From Eledone cirrhosa (lineage: Eukaryota), in contig OZ024741.1 in the NCBI GenBank assembly GCA_964016885.1, positions 235,786,001 to 235,850,000 of the forward strand: a stretch of DNA of 64,000 bases. The letters are read 5' to 3'. Positions 44,851-56,875 of this stretch are shown piece after piece. The notes under the pieces were generated by a model. The model saw nothing but the letters and a program-made list of their open reading frames with translations, was not told where the DNA came from and did no database searches. The first letter of the stretch is position 1, and every line of letters starts with the position of its first letter. The position numbers and the translations under genes were made by a program.

Positions 44851-44945
44851 TCTCAAAGTGGGTGCCTCCTGGTGGGTATTGGGAAGGTCCAAGGGGTGGT
44901 AGAGATGATATAATAGTATATTTAATATCAATCGATATATATTAT

Positions 44946-45382
44946 ACTAGACCTGAAAAATGTGCAAGCTCAAAAGAGCCACAGAATGTTATAATAAACC
45001 TTCAACAGTGTGGGACTAGAGTTGTTGCTCAAAAATATTGTAATCATTAACTATCGTACACTCTGTGGCATCGTTTGATAAAAAAAGAGACTCATAACGG
45101 ACTCAAGACGACACAATAATTATTTAAGCTAATGTTCAATATTTCATATTAGATGTTTAGTAATGATTAATACGAAGTGCACTTAAACCGAATTCTATAT
45201 TATAAATAATTATTGTGTCGTCTTGAGTTCGTTATGAGTCTCTTTTTTATAAAAGGATGCCACAGAGAGTACAATAGATAATGATTACAATATTTTTGAG
45301 CAACAACTCTAGTCCCACACTTTTGAAGGTTTATTATAATATTCTGTGGCCCTTTTGAGCTTGCGCATTTTTCAGGTCTAGT
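44946..45382. mobile_element. Foldback MITE with ~180-bp terminal inverted repeats
   Basis: ACTAGACCTGAAAAATGTGCAAGCTCAAAAG..GACGACACAATAATTATTTA (44946-~45127) is mirrored at ~45203-45382, with a ~75-bp spacer. Confidence 0.9.
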
Positions 45383-46808
45383 TTAATATTTTTTTAAGGC
45401 AACGCTTGTAATAACTTTAGTTAAACATGATATATATTAAAAATAAATTATCGTAATGTAATTAGATTATATAATTGTTATTTTATAAATGATCTTATAA
45501 ATATTATTGTAAGATGTATAAAAATATTTTCAGACCTTTAATAGTTAATATAAATTTAAAAAATCATATATAAATTAACAATATAACTTACCAAAACGAG
45601 AAAAATATTTTGATGATAAAACGACGAAATACTGGAGGAAGATTCGAAAGCGAAACGATAAATAAACATGGAAACAAAGTGGCGGATGCTTTTGAGCAAC
45701 AATTACTCTCATTGGTTGATTAGCCAATAAGACAATGAAATTAGCCAATAAGACGATACATTACAAAAGATGTTTGGGAGGCATCACCACGGCCAGTGAT
45801 ACCCCTTGAAATTTTTATTCACAAGCTATGCACGTATGTCAAGAGACACAGACTTAAAACATTCTGTTGTTAGTCACTGCGTGTCTAACATATAAATATA
45901 GTAAAATATAAAATATATATTTATCTATACATAGTATATATTATATAAATTAACAATTATTATGTATTATTTACAATTTGCATGTAGGCAGGTCTCTCTG
46001 GAAATAGGGTTGGGGGGCACTGAGGGTATTATATGGCTATGAGGGGGGCAGTGGCCCCAAAAATTTGAGAACCTCTGGTCTAACCCATGCAAACATGGAA
46101 AATGGATGTTAAATGGTGATGATGATTTTCGATAGTAACATTCTGCTAGTGAAATGTGTATCCTGTTGACTTAATCCTCATTCCAAGCTGTGTTTTAACT
46201 ATGCATCTTAATTTGATGACATGGACATATATAAGTGTGTAAAATATGTGAACATGACTGTCTACATCTGTATTAATATCCCTACTAAATGGGCTAAAGA
46301 GCGGAGAGAATTAAAAGCCTGAAACAATAACTTTATGCTTGATGGATGAGAGTGCTACAAGAGGTGAGTGTGGGAGATATTGAATAAACTTACATTCAAG
46401 TGGAAATGCAACTGTTGAGTGTTGGAGACATTGAGAGTAAACCTACTCTCAAGACATGCATTGGTGTTTGAATGAGATTGTCCTTGGCAGTGACTCCGGG
46501 GCACCAACTATACCCTCATTCATCAATAAGTGTAAGTTTACTGTCAATGTTTCACACGTGCAGCAGCAGTTGGTGCATGTGGGGGATATTGAAGTGAATC
46601 TAGAACAAATCCAGGTTATAGTGATCTTATATCATTTATGGCTATGAATTGCTTAGCCCCTTAGAATTAGGAGTAAAACTCTTCCTGAAAACAAGCCCAT
46701 TGGATAAGGTAGCTTAAGGATACACAATTCCCAAGAAATCTTTATATGAATTTTTAAAAATGGGATGAGCTGACTCCATAGCTGTGGATTCACTGGGGAA
46801 ATGTTTTT

Positions 46809-46862
46809 GGAAATATGGTTTTACTACAATCTCCAGGAAATATGGTTTTACTACAATCTCCA
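46809..46862. repeat. Perfect 27-bp tandem duplication
   Basis: GGAAATATGGTTTTACTACAATCTCCA occurs twice in tandem. Confidence 0.95.
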
Positions 46863-49309
46863 GGCACAGAAATACACTTTGAGTTAGTGTGATCCAGAGC
46901 CACACAATTCACCTTTGAATGTTAATAGTCACAGTGGAAGTACCAAGCAACTGGACCATCTTAGATTTCAAAGTAATCAGAGACTTGCCATGAGGTACTT
47001 ATTGATGTAAAGATCAACACCACCAGAACCAAGAGCAGCTGGGTACTGAATAGTAAGCAATTTGAACGATTATATTGCCAAACTTTTGCTTTCCCATTTG
47101 ATCTTATTTAAGGGTGCCAGTACCAAAACAGAGATGCATAGTTTGGCAGTGATGATCCAGTTGCACATGCCACAATCTTAATCAAAATCAACAGCTACCT
47201 CAGATCTTCCAATTGGCTTGTCTGCAAAGACAAAGATCAATCCATGGGTAAAACAGTAAAATATTGCATACATTGATCTGATGTTTCAAAAATATGACAA
47301 TTAGAAGAGTGAACGCTGCCCTATTGTAATGTCTGTAAAGACAGATCAAACGATTAATAAGATGCTTGATAAACATGGTCAATAGATGAGTGAAATCAAC
47401 TAACCGTGGGCAAGATTTCAAACATAGATAAAGGGACATAACTTCAACAGAGTAAGTATAATGTTCTACATATTCTGCCATCCACCTCATTCAAATATAA
47501 AACAGAAAAATATTTAATTAAAAAAAAAAAGACTAAAACGAAAAAGACCAATATTTTCTTTTTTATTTTAATCTGAATTTAAATTTAAATTTATTTATTG
47601 ATCTCTCATTAAATTTCATTCCATATTAACAGTTTCAAATCAGCAACATTTCAAAACGCAGGCAAATAAAAGGATTAAAAAAAAAAAGATTTTATGATAT
47701 TACACAATCTCGATCATTAACATTATAAACACTGTTGTTGCTGTAGTCAATATTGACAGTAAAAACACTGGTGTAATAGTTGTTGTTTAGATAAAATGAG
47801 AAAAGTGCCAGTGCTTAGTTCCAGATTAATGGGCAAGAAGTTAGACTATTTCAGCTAGCTTTACCCATATATTATATATCGATATATATATAAACACAAA
47901 CACATATATAAATGGATATCATCATCATCATTTAACTAACGTTAAATGAGAGAGATGATATATACATGTGCACATACACGCGAGTGTGTGTAAAATTAAA
48001 TTTCTTACCCTACAAACAAAAACAAATGCCTGCAATATGATATGAACTCATGACCAACAGACAAGTTGGTAGTTCAATTCCTTAACCACCCAGCTTGTTA
48101 GCCTCAGCACTTAATGTTTATGTGCATCTGGTGTGGAGGGGATGGCTATGGGCATAAGGTTTTTATCCAAATTTTCCTGCTAGCAAAGATGAGATAAGTT
48201 TTGAAAATTGGATATTTACAAATATCACTTGATTGTGAAGTGGAAATGGTACCTCTTTTCAGCCAGGCTGACTGAGGTAAGCAGGACAATTGTGTATTTT
48301 GTTTAGGAATGCACTGGATATTTCCAATATGTATATAGAGTATGCCAGTGTTTATGTTCACACATAGCTACATACACGTTTGTAATTACATGTAGATTTG
48401 CATGTGTGCATGTACAAAAGACTCTATATGTAAAATTATATATATATATATATATACATACATACATATGTTTTATGTGTGTGTATGTTAACACCGGTCT
48501 AAAGGAAATTCAGTGTTGTTGTTTATGTTGTGACCCTTTCTGTACCATAACATATCAGTTCAACAAATGAAGATTGATAAAATAAAAATCAGACTGAAAT
48601 AAGTACTCGGGCTGATATGATCAACTAAACCCTTGAAGACAATACTCCCATCATGGCCATAGTCCAATGAAATAAATGAAACCAGTAAAAGAATAAAAGA
48701 ATATACATATATGTATGTGTGAGGGTATGCACATACACACATATTTTGACTTTGTTGCAGAACTTTCTAGAAAAGTTGAATCGTATGTAAACAAATGCAA
48801 TCCCATCCCACAGATACAAAGTTGTTTCCATGACAAACAATGTTTTATGATTATATCTTTGTTACAGAAAGATTCAAAGCTTGTACTCCTTGTTTAGCAG
48901 AAGATCAACACAAATTACTTTGCTTTGATTATCCCATTTTTTATAAGATATTGTGTATCTAGGAATACAATTTTGATTGTCTCCTTCCCTTTTAAGACTG
49001 TAGGATGTGATTTGAAAGAGATTTGATTGCTATTTCTAGCATTTCGAGCGATGACATCGAGGCTCCACACTCTGTTATATCAAAATGGAGAACTAGCATT
49101 TTTATTATGATGCTTTTTTCATCTTTTAGTTTTTTTTAAATACTATTATTGTTGTTTACACAAAGAAAATACTTCAGAAACAGAAATTTTACACAAATTA
49201 ATGTTTTTACATTTTTTTTTCATATACATGTTATTTTAATGTATCTTTCTGTGTGTTGGCTTTTTCAGGAATCAAAATTACCAGATGATTTAAACCACCA
49301 TTAGAGTCC

Positions 49310-49676
49310 ATTTCTCAAATTGAGCCAATATAACAATTGTTGCAACATATATTTCAACTGAGGTCCCAAAAGATAATATAGATATCTGAGCCTTGAAACC
49401 CAAAATGTTTATTACACAGATACTTGAACTAACATCTCAAATTTTAATAGACACTTGAAAAGGTCTAAATGTTTATAACAGATAATTGAACCAAGATTCC
49501 AAATGTTTATAATAGATATTTGAGCCAAGGACCCCAAATATTTAAGCAGATGCATAATTTGAGGTCTCAAATAATTAAAGAGATGCTTGAGCCAAAGACT
49601 TAAATGGTGGTATAGTCAATATCTAAAATGCTTATACAGATACTTGAACTAAGCTCACTGTTTATATAGACACTTG
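49310..49676. repeat. Degenerate ~33-bp tandem repeat downstream of ZNF2
   Basis: About 10 units of AGATACTTGAACCAAGATCCCAAATGTTTATAAC-like sequence. Confidence 0.75.
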
Positions 49677-49977
49677 TGGTGGGGTATCAGTTTGTTAGTG
49701 GATGTTTTTTCCACTGATTCTTGTTATTTTACATCCATTTTTCAAAGTTATTATATTACGAGGATGAAATTTTTTTTAATTTTTTTTCTTTTGAGCAATG
49801 AAATCCTTTACAAGTTGGCTGCCCTTCTGTGCACTAACGACTCAACCCCATGAAGTAGTCAGACAAACAGAGCTGTGTGCTTTGCCAATTTCACAACCTC
49901 ACACAAGTAAACACAATTGATTTCTTATTCAATTCATTCCACATGCTTCCTCTTTCTCCTCTTCCTCAACCTCGTTC

Positions 49978-50404
49978 TCATTGCATCAATGTTTGAATGT
50001 TGTGAACAGCCTCTTGGCTTTCACATTTCCTTTGACCATATGCTGTGTTTGATGTGTTAGTCCAGCCTGCATTCCAGGCAGATGACATAGCATTGCGCTT
50101 CCAGTTGTAATTATTCTCAGCTCGCTGAGGAACCATCTGTTGGTGGAAGGTGGCTGTGTTCATTGAAGTCGTTGTACTCATGCTGGATGGCTGTTGTGTT
50201 GGAGGTGGAGGTGGAGCTTGTTGCTGCTGCTGCTGTTGTCTTAGTGGTGCATGTTGAGACACCATCTGGTGTGAGCAGGCTATCATGGTTGAAGGGTCTT
50301 TCTGGGGTGCTGATTGTTGCTGCTGCTGCTGTTGTTGTTGTTGTTGTTGTTGCTGCTGCTGCTGCTGTTGTTGCTGTTGTTGTTGCTGTTGTTGTTGCTG
50401 TTGT

Positions 50405-50448
<44 letters not shown>

Positions 50449-51699
50449 TTGGGCTGGAGCAGAGTATTTGATTGGCTGCTGTGAATACTGCGTGTTTGTA
50501 GACATAACTATTTGTTTGTGCATAGTTGGGGCTTGGTTGATCATCTGAGGGGAGTAGGTAGTTGAAGATGATGAACCTTGTGGCGAAATCATTGATGGAT
50601 GTTTTGGAAGGTTTGGGGCTATGTTCCCACCTGATGATGACGATGATGATGTTGAAGTGGCTGAAGCTGAAGGCACACTGGTTCCCGGCATACGGTCTCC
50701 TTTGTGGACATTTCGGTGCTTGTTCAAATGGGACTTTTGGGCAAAGTTCTTCCCACATATTGTACAATGGAAAGGTTTTACCCCAGTGTGAGTTCTTTCA
50801 TGATTCTCCAGTCGGTCTCTTTGGGGAAAAACCTTGTGGCAGTAAGAGCAAGGAAAATGTTTGCCTGTATCAGGGGCCAATAAGTGACGGTTGAGGTAGG
50901 CCTTCAGAGTAAAGCCTTTCCGACATACATCACACTTAAATGGTTTGTCTGAGCTGCCAGGGCCACTGGCCTTGCGCTTACCCATCTGGTTGTTAAGATG
51001 CTGAGGACAGGTCTTATTGTGATTGTCAAAATGATGGTGTTGGTGATGATGTTGATGGTGTTGATGCTGGTGGTGTTGGTGTTGATGTTGGTGCTGATGG
51101 TGTTGGTGTTGATGTTGGTGGTGTTGATGTTGGTGGTGCTGATGGTGTTGATGCTGTTGGTGGTGTTGGTGATGATGGTGATGTTGTTGCTGTTGCTGTT
51201 GCTGCTGCATAGAATTCATCATCATTGTCATTGCTAGGGTTTTGCGACGCTTTACACTTCGGTCAGCTGCATTTGGCAACTTTGTGCCAGCATGGACGTG
51301 TTTGTGGGTGTTCAGGTGTGACTTTTGGGAAAACGATTTGGAGCAAATGTTGCAGACAAATGGCTTGATCCCTGTGTGTGTGCGCTCATGTGTTTCAAGG
51401 CGATCCCTCTGTGGAAAGATTTTGTTGCAGAAACTACAGGGGAAATGTTTACCAGGTTCAGGAGCCAACATGTGGCGATTTAGATAGGCTTTCAGTGTAA
51501 ACCCTTTCCGACATATTCCACACTTGAAAGGTTTGTCTCGTGATTTGTCAGTTTTCTTGACTATATCCATAAAGTTCTCATATCCATTCTGTGCTGCTGT
51601 ACCACCTCCTCCACATGTATGCACCTCAGTCTGACCTTCAGTAACCCCACAACAGTTATTGTTAAACTGTTGTTTCCCTACCAATTGAACCTGGTACAT
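49978..51699 (-). CDS. C2H2 zinc-finger protein, ~573 aa, two 3-finger modules, Q/H tract and Q46 tract (called ZNF2 here)
   Basis: Intact ORF. The ORF-track start at 51783 is a GTG in AT-rich, intron-like sequence; the first ATG is at 51699 (MYQVQLV), just after candidate acceptor AGs (~51709 and ~51733). Fingers with TGIKP/TGVKP linkers; 46 mixed CAA/CAG codons at 50314-50451. Confidence 0.9.
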
Positions 51700-52699
51700 T
51701 TTTTTTTCTAGTTTGATAAATTTTACCGTTTCTGTTATAATTATTATTAATATCACTGCTATTAGTCTTAGAAGAAATTTCACTTCATATATATATTGGA
51801 ATGTTTTAACTCAAAACCCTAACACTCACACATTAGATGTGTGTATACCTGTCTGTGTGACAGCTACACCAATTCAAGATCTTGGACTAATTTGTTATAT
51901 CTTTGTTGTTGACCAATCATTCTTAATTAAGAGAAGAGGAGACAATAGCAGAAACACAGTCAGAGTAACGGCTTAAATTCAATGACCAGTCAGAATATTG
52001 CATTATCATTTTGTAAAAAAACACTTCCAAGTTATATTATTTCGTTGGTGTACGTTTTTCCCATATCAAAGATGTAATAAAATAAAGTCTATAAAACATG
52101 TCAAGAAGATTATTTCATATAACAATTCAAGAGGTAGCATATGATATTTGTAAATGAGTGTTCAAATCGTGACCAGGGAATCTTAAAATAAACCCTTTTT
52201 TTCTTCTTAAAGTTGATAAAAAAGAGAGTGATACACACACAAATAATCAAATTTGTTGGAATTCTCAATTTGCTTTTGTCGCTAAACCCAAGGTAAGAAA
52301 AACAATCTCCAGTTTTGAGGTGGCATCTTGTAGCAGGAAGTTGATATCAGACAGGTGAATCTAACAAAAGAAATAAATAAAAAGAAATGAATGTATGTAC
52401 ATATGAATGTGTGTGTGTGGTGTGTGTGTAGTAGTAGTAGTAGTAGTTAGGGTATTGGACTTGTAATCATAAGGTCATAAGTTTGATACCAGAACTGGGT
52501 GGTATGTTGTGTTCTTTAATCCACTCATCTGAGAAAAACAAAAATAGTACCAGCAGCAGCAGTTGAGGGTTAACCCCTGTAATAATTTGGTGCTCGTTCC
52601 AAGGATGGGAATGAGGTCCAATCATTAAAACGACCCTGAAACCCTCTATTAGATTCAGCATTGCAGGCCAGTTAAATTTACATAGGTGTGAGCTGTGCC

Positions 52700-52882
52700 A
52701 GTGTTGGTGTCATTATAAAAAAAATCACCAAGTACATTCTGTAAAGTGGTTGGTGTTAGGAATAGCATTCAGCCCTAAAAGTAATGCCAAAATGGACTGT
52801 ATGAGCAAGACAGGGTTATATGACTGTGACAACTGGTCCAACCCATGCCCAAATGGAAAATGGATGTAAAACAATGATGATA
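52700..52882 (+). mobile_element. Family-B SINE
   Basis: CTGTAAAGTGGTTGGTGTTAGGAATAGCATTCAGCC..CCAACCCATGCCCAAATGGAAAATGGATGTAAAACAATGATGAT. Confidence 0.75.
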
Positions 52883-52921
52883 TAAACACACATGTATATA
52901 TTCTTCATTATGGCTAAGCGG

Positions 52922-52980
52922 TGAGTCTTGTTACTCAGGAGTTTCACCAGTGTACTCACTGGATCATCAGACAAGACTCA
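52922..52980 (-). ncRNA. Type I hammerhead ribozyme motif, nearly complete
   Basis: Minus strand TGAGTCTTGT-CTGATGA-T-CCAGTG agta CACTGG-T-GAAACT cctg AGTA-ACAAGACTCA: perfect 10-bp stem I, 6-bp stem II, 3-4-bp stem III, GUA cleavage triplet. Confidence 0.8.
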
Positions 52981-52989
52981 GTCATGCAC

Positions 52990-54790
52990 CTTGCTTTACA
53001 TACAACTACATAGACTTGATAAATCTTCTAACCTATCCCCCAATTCCATCCAATATTCCTACAAACATACTAAATGTGAAAGTACCACAAGCAGCTCCAA
53101 ATTAACAAAGCCACCAGCCCTAACAATGTCCCTTCCATCACCCTCAAACAATGTGACCCAGTGCTAGACTCTATATTCACCAAACGTTTCAATTTCTCCA
53201 TCTCTATAGGGATATACTCTGATCTTTGGAAACATGCTAGTGTGTCCCATTCCCATCATCCCATTGCACACAATTCCAAGATCTCAACGGTAATGGAGAC
53301 AGACACATTCTCCAACACCTTCAATCTCTCTCACTCTATCTACTCAACAATCACCAATATGGCTTCCATAAAGCCAGAAACTTTCCTGATAAATTTTCAA
53401 AAACAATGTTATTCTCGACATCAGTGAAGCATGACTATCTGATATATGAATCTCCTCACAAAACCACCAACCTGTGGACTCTATCTGTTGGTAATCACTT
53501 AAATTAGTAGCTTCCTATCTGATCAAATTATCCTGGCATATGCTGACAGTGCTCTTTCAGTCCCATACTCTATCAACTCAGGTGTGCCCCAAGTTTTAGT
53601 ATTCCATCCCACAACTCTTCCTTCTCTTCATCAATGACCTACTGTCTATCACTCTTATGCAGATGACGCCATCCTTCTTTCATCCATAACCTTGCCCAAA
53701 CAAATGTCATCAAGATACAGTCTCAACACCTCATACAGCCAGCACACTGGTTCCATGAAAAGAGGCCTGGACAATATACTCCAATAGGGTCATGCCAACT
53801 TTGTCTCTTTCAACAGTGACAAAAAAACAAAACAAAAAAAAAACATTGCTAATCAAGAAAACATCACACCTGACCTCGCTTAGGCATGACTAGCATGTGA
53901 CAACTGCAATTGCTCCAAATGCTAGGCCTTAAAATCAGAGCATCTCTCATGGAGAAAACATAGCTTCAATATAGCTAGGACCATATCCAAAAGACTGGCC
54001 CTTCTCTTCAGGAGTAGAAAATACTACAATCTCCCAACAACTAATAACACTCAGTTGAGGCCTGCATTGGAGTAGAGCTCACACATCTGATGCAGTTCTT
54101 CTATTCCTCACACAGGTATCTTAGATCACATTTGATAACCATAACATTTTAAAGAGAGCGATCTGTGAATACTGATCTTTAACAAATATTAGACTCTATT
54201 AAAATAGTTGACAAGTCATACTATGGTCATGTAGTTCCCAGCACTGTATTTTTACTTATGGGCCTAATAATTTATATAAATGGTCTAATGATCCAGCCAC
54301 CATAGTTCTTCTCACCCATGATAATCATAGACAGAATAATACATCTGATGAAGTTTTTTTTTTCAATCTTCGAGTATAGCTTATCTGACTTTAATAGAAA
54401 ATGCTCCTGGTTCATGTGGTGCCCCCTTCAAATGACACCCATGGCACGTGCCATGCTTGACATACCCTAGTTATGCCTCTGCACATGGCTAATCGGTTTA
54501 GACCACAATCATAGTCGTCTCACTCAGCCCCCTCCACCACTGCAACAATGGTCTCTATTCACCGGAATTTGCTAGTCTCATGCCATTCAGGCACTACATA
54601 CTCACTCATCTCTCATCCTTTTAGTTGTGTCTAACACCCAAGGACCCATACTCACCTCTACTTCCAACCCGTCCTACCCAGAAAGTTGACCTTCTGGGAC
54701 TCCCTCCCTGCTTATGACTTTACTAAATTAATGGACCTGCAACAGCTTAAACAAAACATCAACGGTAGCGATCTCTTTGATTTCGGATGA
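52990..54790 (+). mobile_element. Heavily decayed Jockey/CR1/L2-group LINE
   Basis: WKHASV, INSGVPQ, LFLLFINDLL, SYADDA, RPALE*SSHI*, and LWDSLP..DLQQLKQNIN; interrupted at ~54120-54440. Confidence 0.75.
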
Positions 54791-55020
54791 TCTGCCAGTG
54801 AAGAACATGGGGGTTGCCCTTTCTTCTAGAGCAACATATATATATATGCGAACGTGGAAAAGCAGACGTAAAAACGATGATGATATATACACACACATAA
54901 CGGACGTAAAACGATGATGACAAATAATATACATATACATATATATATATATACATGGTGTGTAAACATTTCCATATGTTTGTATGTATGAAACCTACAA
55001 GAATATACATAAGTTTCAAA

Positions 55021-55054
<34 letters not shown>

Positions 55055-55396
55055 GTACATATACATATATACACAAACAGACGTAAACGATATATGTTAT
55101 TGTAAATATAATTATGAACATAATGCAATCCAACATGAATGGATAGAAACAATGATTGTTTGTGCCTGGACACTTTAGGGTGCAAGGCTGTCTCTTGACA
55201 TTAAAATGTCTGCGTATATAACTGGTATTTATTTCACCATCCTGATTGGAAAGGGTTGATGGCAGTCAGCCTCGACGGGATCTTGCAGACATATCTCGCA
55301 CATTTGGATATATATATATATAGAGAGAGATAATAAGAGTGGAATAATCCTCGCACACATATATGCGTGTGTGTGTATATATATATATGTATACAT

Positions 55397-55499
55397 ATTT
55401 ATATGGGGTGCCTTTCGACTTGTTAAAACCCGTTTATACAATGTATGTGTGTGTGTGTATAAACGGGTTTTAACAAGTCGAAAGGCACCCCATATAAAT
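55397..55499. repeat. Perfect 44-bp inverted repeat with a 15-nt spacer
   Basis: ATTTATATGGGGTGCCTTTCGACTTGTTAAAACCCGTTTATACA (55397-55440) and its exact reverse complement (55456-55499). Confidence 0.97.
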
Positions 55500-56745
55500 C
55501 ACCAGTTTACACAATAAACAACAGTTCCCCCGTATTTCAAATTGTTCCTCAATGGAGAGAAGCCACATCAACTGCTTCCATATATGTATCTGCCTTTCTC
55601 TCTCCTATATATATTATATATATATATATATATACATACTGGAAAAAATGGTCTAATTCTGTAAATATTGAGTTAAAGATATGGCAGTTAAGAATTGTCC
55701 TGTATATCTATCTAGCTCTATATATGTGTGTATGTCTATATACATATATATATATGCCTTGTTCTAATTTTCCATTCTCTCTCTCTTTCTGTTTATGTCA
55801 GTCTTTCTTATAAACATATATATATGTGTGTGTGTGTTATATATTATATATATATAATATATATATATATATATAATTATACACACACGCAGACACAAAC
55901 TCAGACAGTGTATTGTTTTCTCCACTCACATCACCAGTATTTATTATTCATCAAACTTACCGTATCACCGTTGCCCCACATGAGTAGTAGTAGTAGTGGT
56001 AGTAGTAATATCTCACTCTCTATTACAGTTCTTCTCTATATTTTCGTCTTTCACACACACACTCTCTCTTTTATATATATATGTCTATATAATCACGTCT
56101 CTTTCTTTCTTTCTGTATACATATATCTACGTATATCACCGTCCACATATGTCTCTCTATATGTATGTGTATATATATATATAAATATATATTTATATAT
56201 ATGTATGTGTGTATTAACCTCTCTTCCCTTCTAAATAAAATAATATAAATATAGAGAGAGAGTGATAAAAATAAATATATACATACACCAGTCTCTCTCA
56301 CTCCCTCTCTAGTTTCAAACTTACCATTTCACGGATGCTCCACTTGAGTAGTAGTAGTTCTATACATCACACTCTTTCTCTATTACACACTCTTGTTTGT
56401 TTCTCTCCCTTTTTACGGATGCATCACATTAGTAGTGGTGGTAGGAGTAGCTCACTCTTACCCTCACTCACTCTCTATTCTATAACACCTTTTCTTTATA
56501 TAATCTCTGTCTCAGTCTCTCCCCCTCTCTTTAGTTTCAAGCTGCATGTCAAAGCGGAACTGTCTCATGGCATGTATTGTGTGTGTGTGAATGAGTCAGT
56601 CAGCTTGTGTGTGTGTTTGTAAACGTTTCCACGGGCCGATAACTTAGTCAAGCAGATGATTTCGACTCTTATCACACAACTTTTCAAGACAGTGATCTCT
56701 CATCATGCTTCATTAAATACATGCTGCTCGCAATAATAGTTATAT

Positions 56746-56875
56746 ATACCGTGTTTTTCGAAATACAAAGCACAACGGTGTCTAAGACGCACCATAATTT
56801 TGAAGGAAAAAAAGTTATAGCAATATACTTTTATTCGGTGTATAGGACGCAGGTAGATTTTGACATAAAAATTTG
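56746..56875. mobile_element. Terminus of a pogo/Tigger-type DNA transposon
   Basis: TA-CCGTGTTTTTCG start with repeated GGTGT.TA.GACGCA subterminal motifs. Confidence 0.55.

Noticed and set aside
46900-47500. Possible exon (96-aa minus ORF; GTAAGT at ~47453 on plus)
   Set aside because: No homology recognised and splice signals are inconsistent.
50285-50548. Poly-cysteine ORF, and poly-V/A or poly-T ORFs nearby
   Set aside because: Antisense or shifted readings of the ZNF2 CAA/CAG tract.
51700-51783. Signal-peptide-like N-terminus (MKFLLRLIAVILIIII) of ZNF2
   Set aside because: Starts at GTG in AT-rich, intron-like sequence upstream of acceptor sites; implausible for a nuclear zinc-finger protein.
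54345-54385. CTGATGAAG..CTTCGAG hammerhead-like start
   Set aside because: Lacks GAAA and a cleavage-site helix.
55552-55575. GGAGAGAAGCCACAT (GEKPH) zinc-finger-linker-like sequence
   Set aside because: No flanking Cys/His pattern or open frame.
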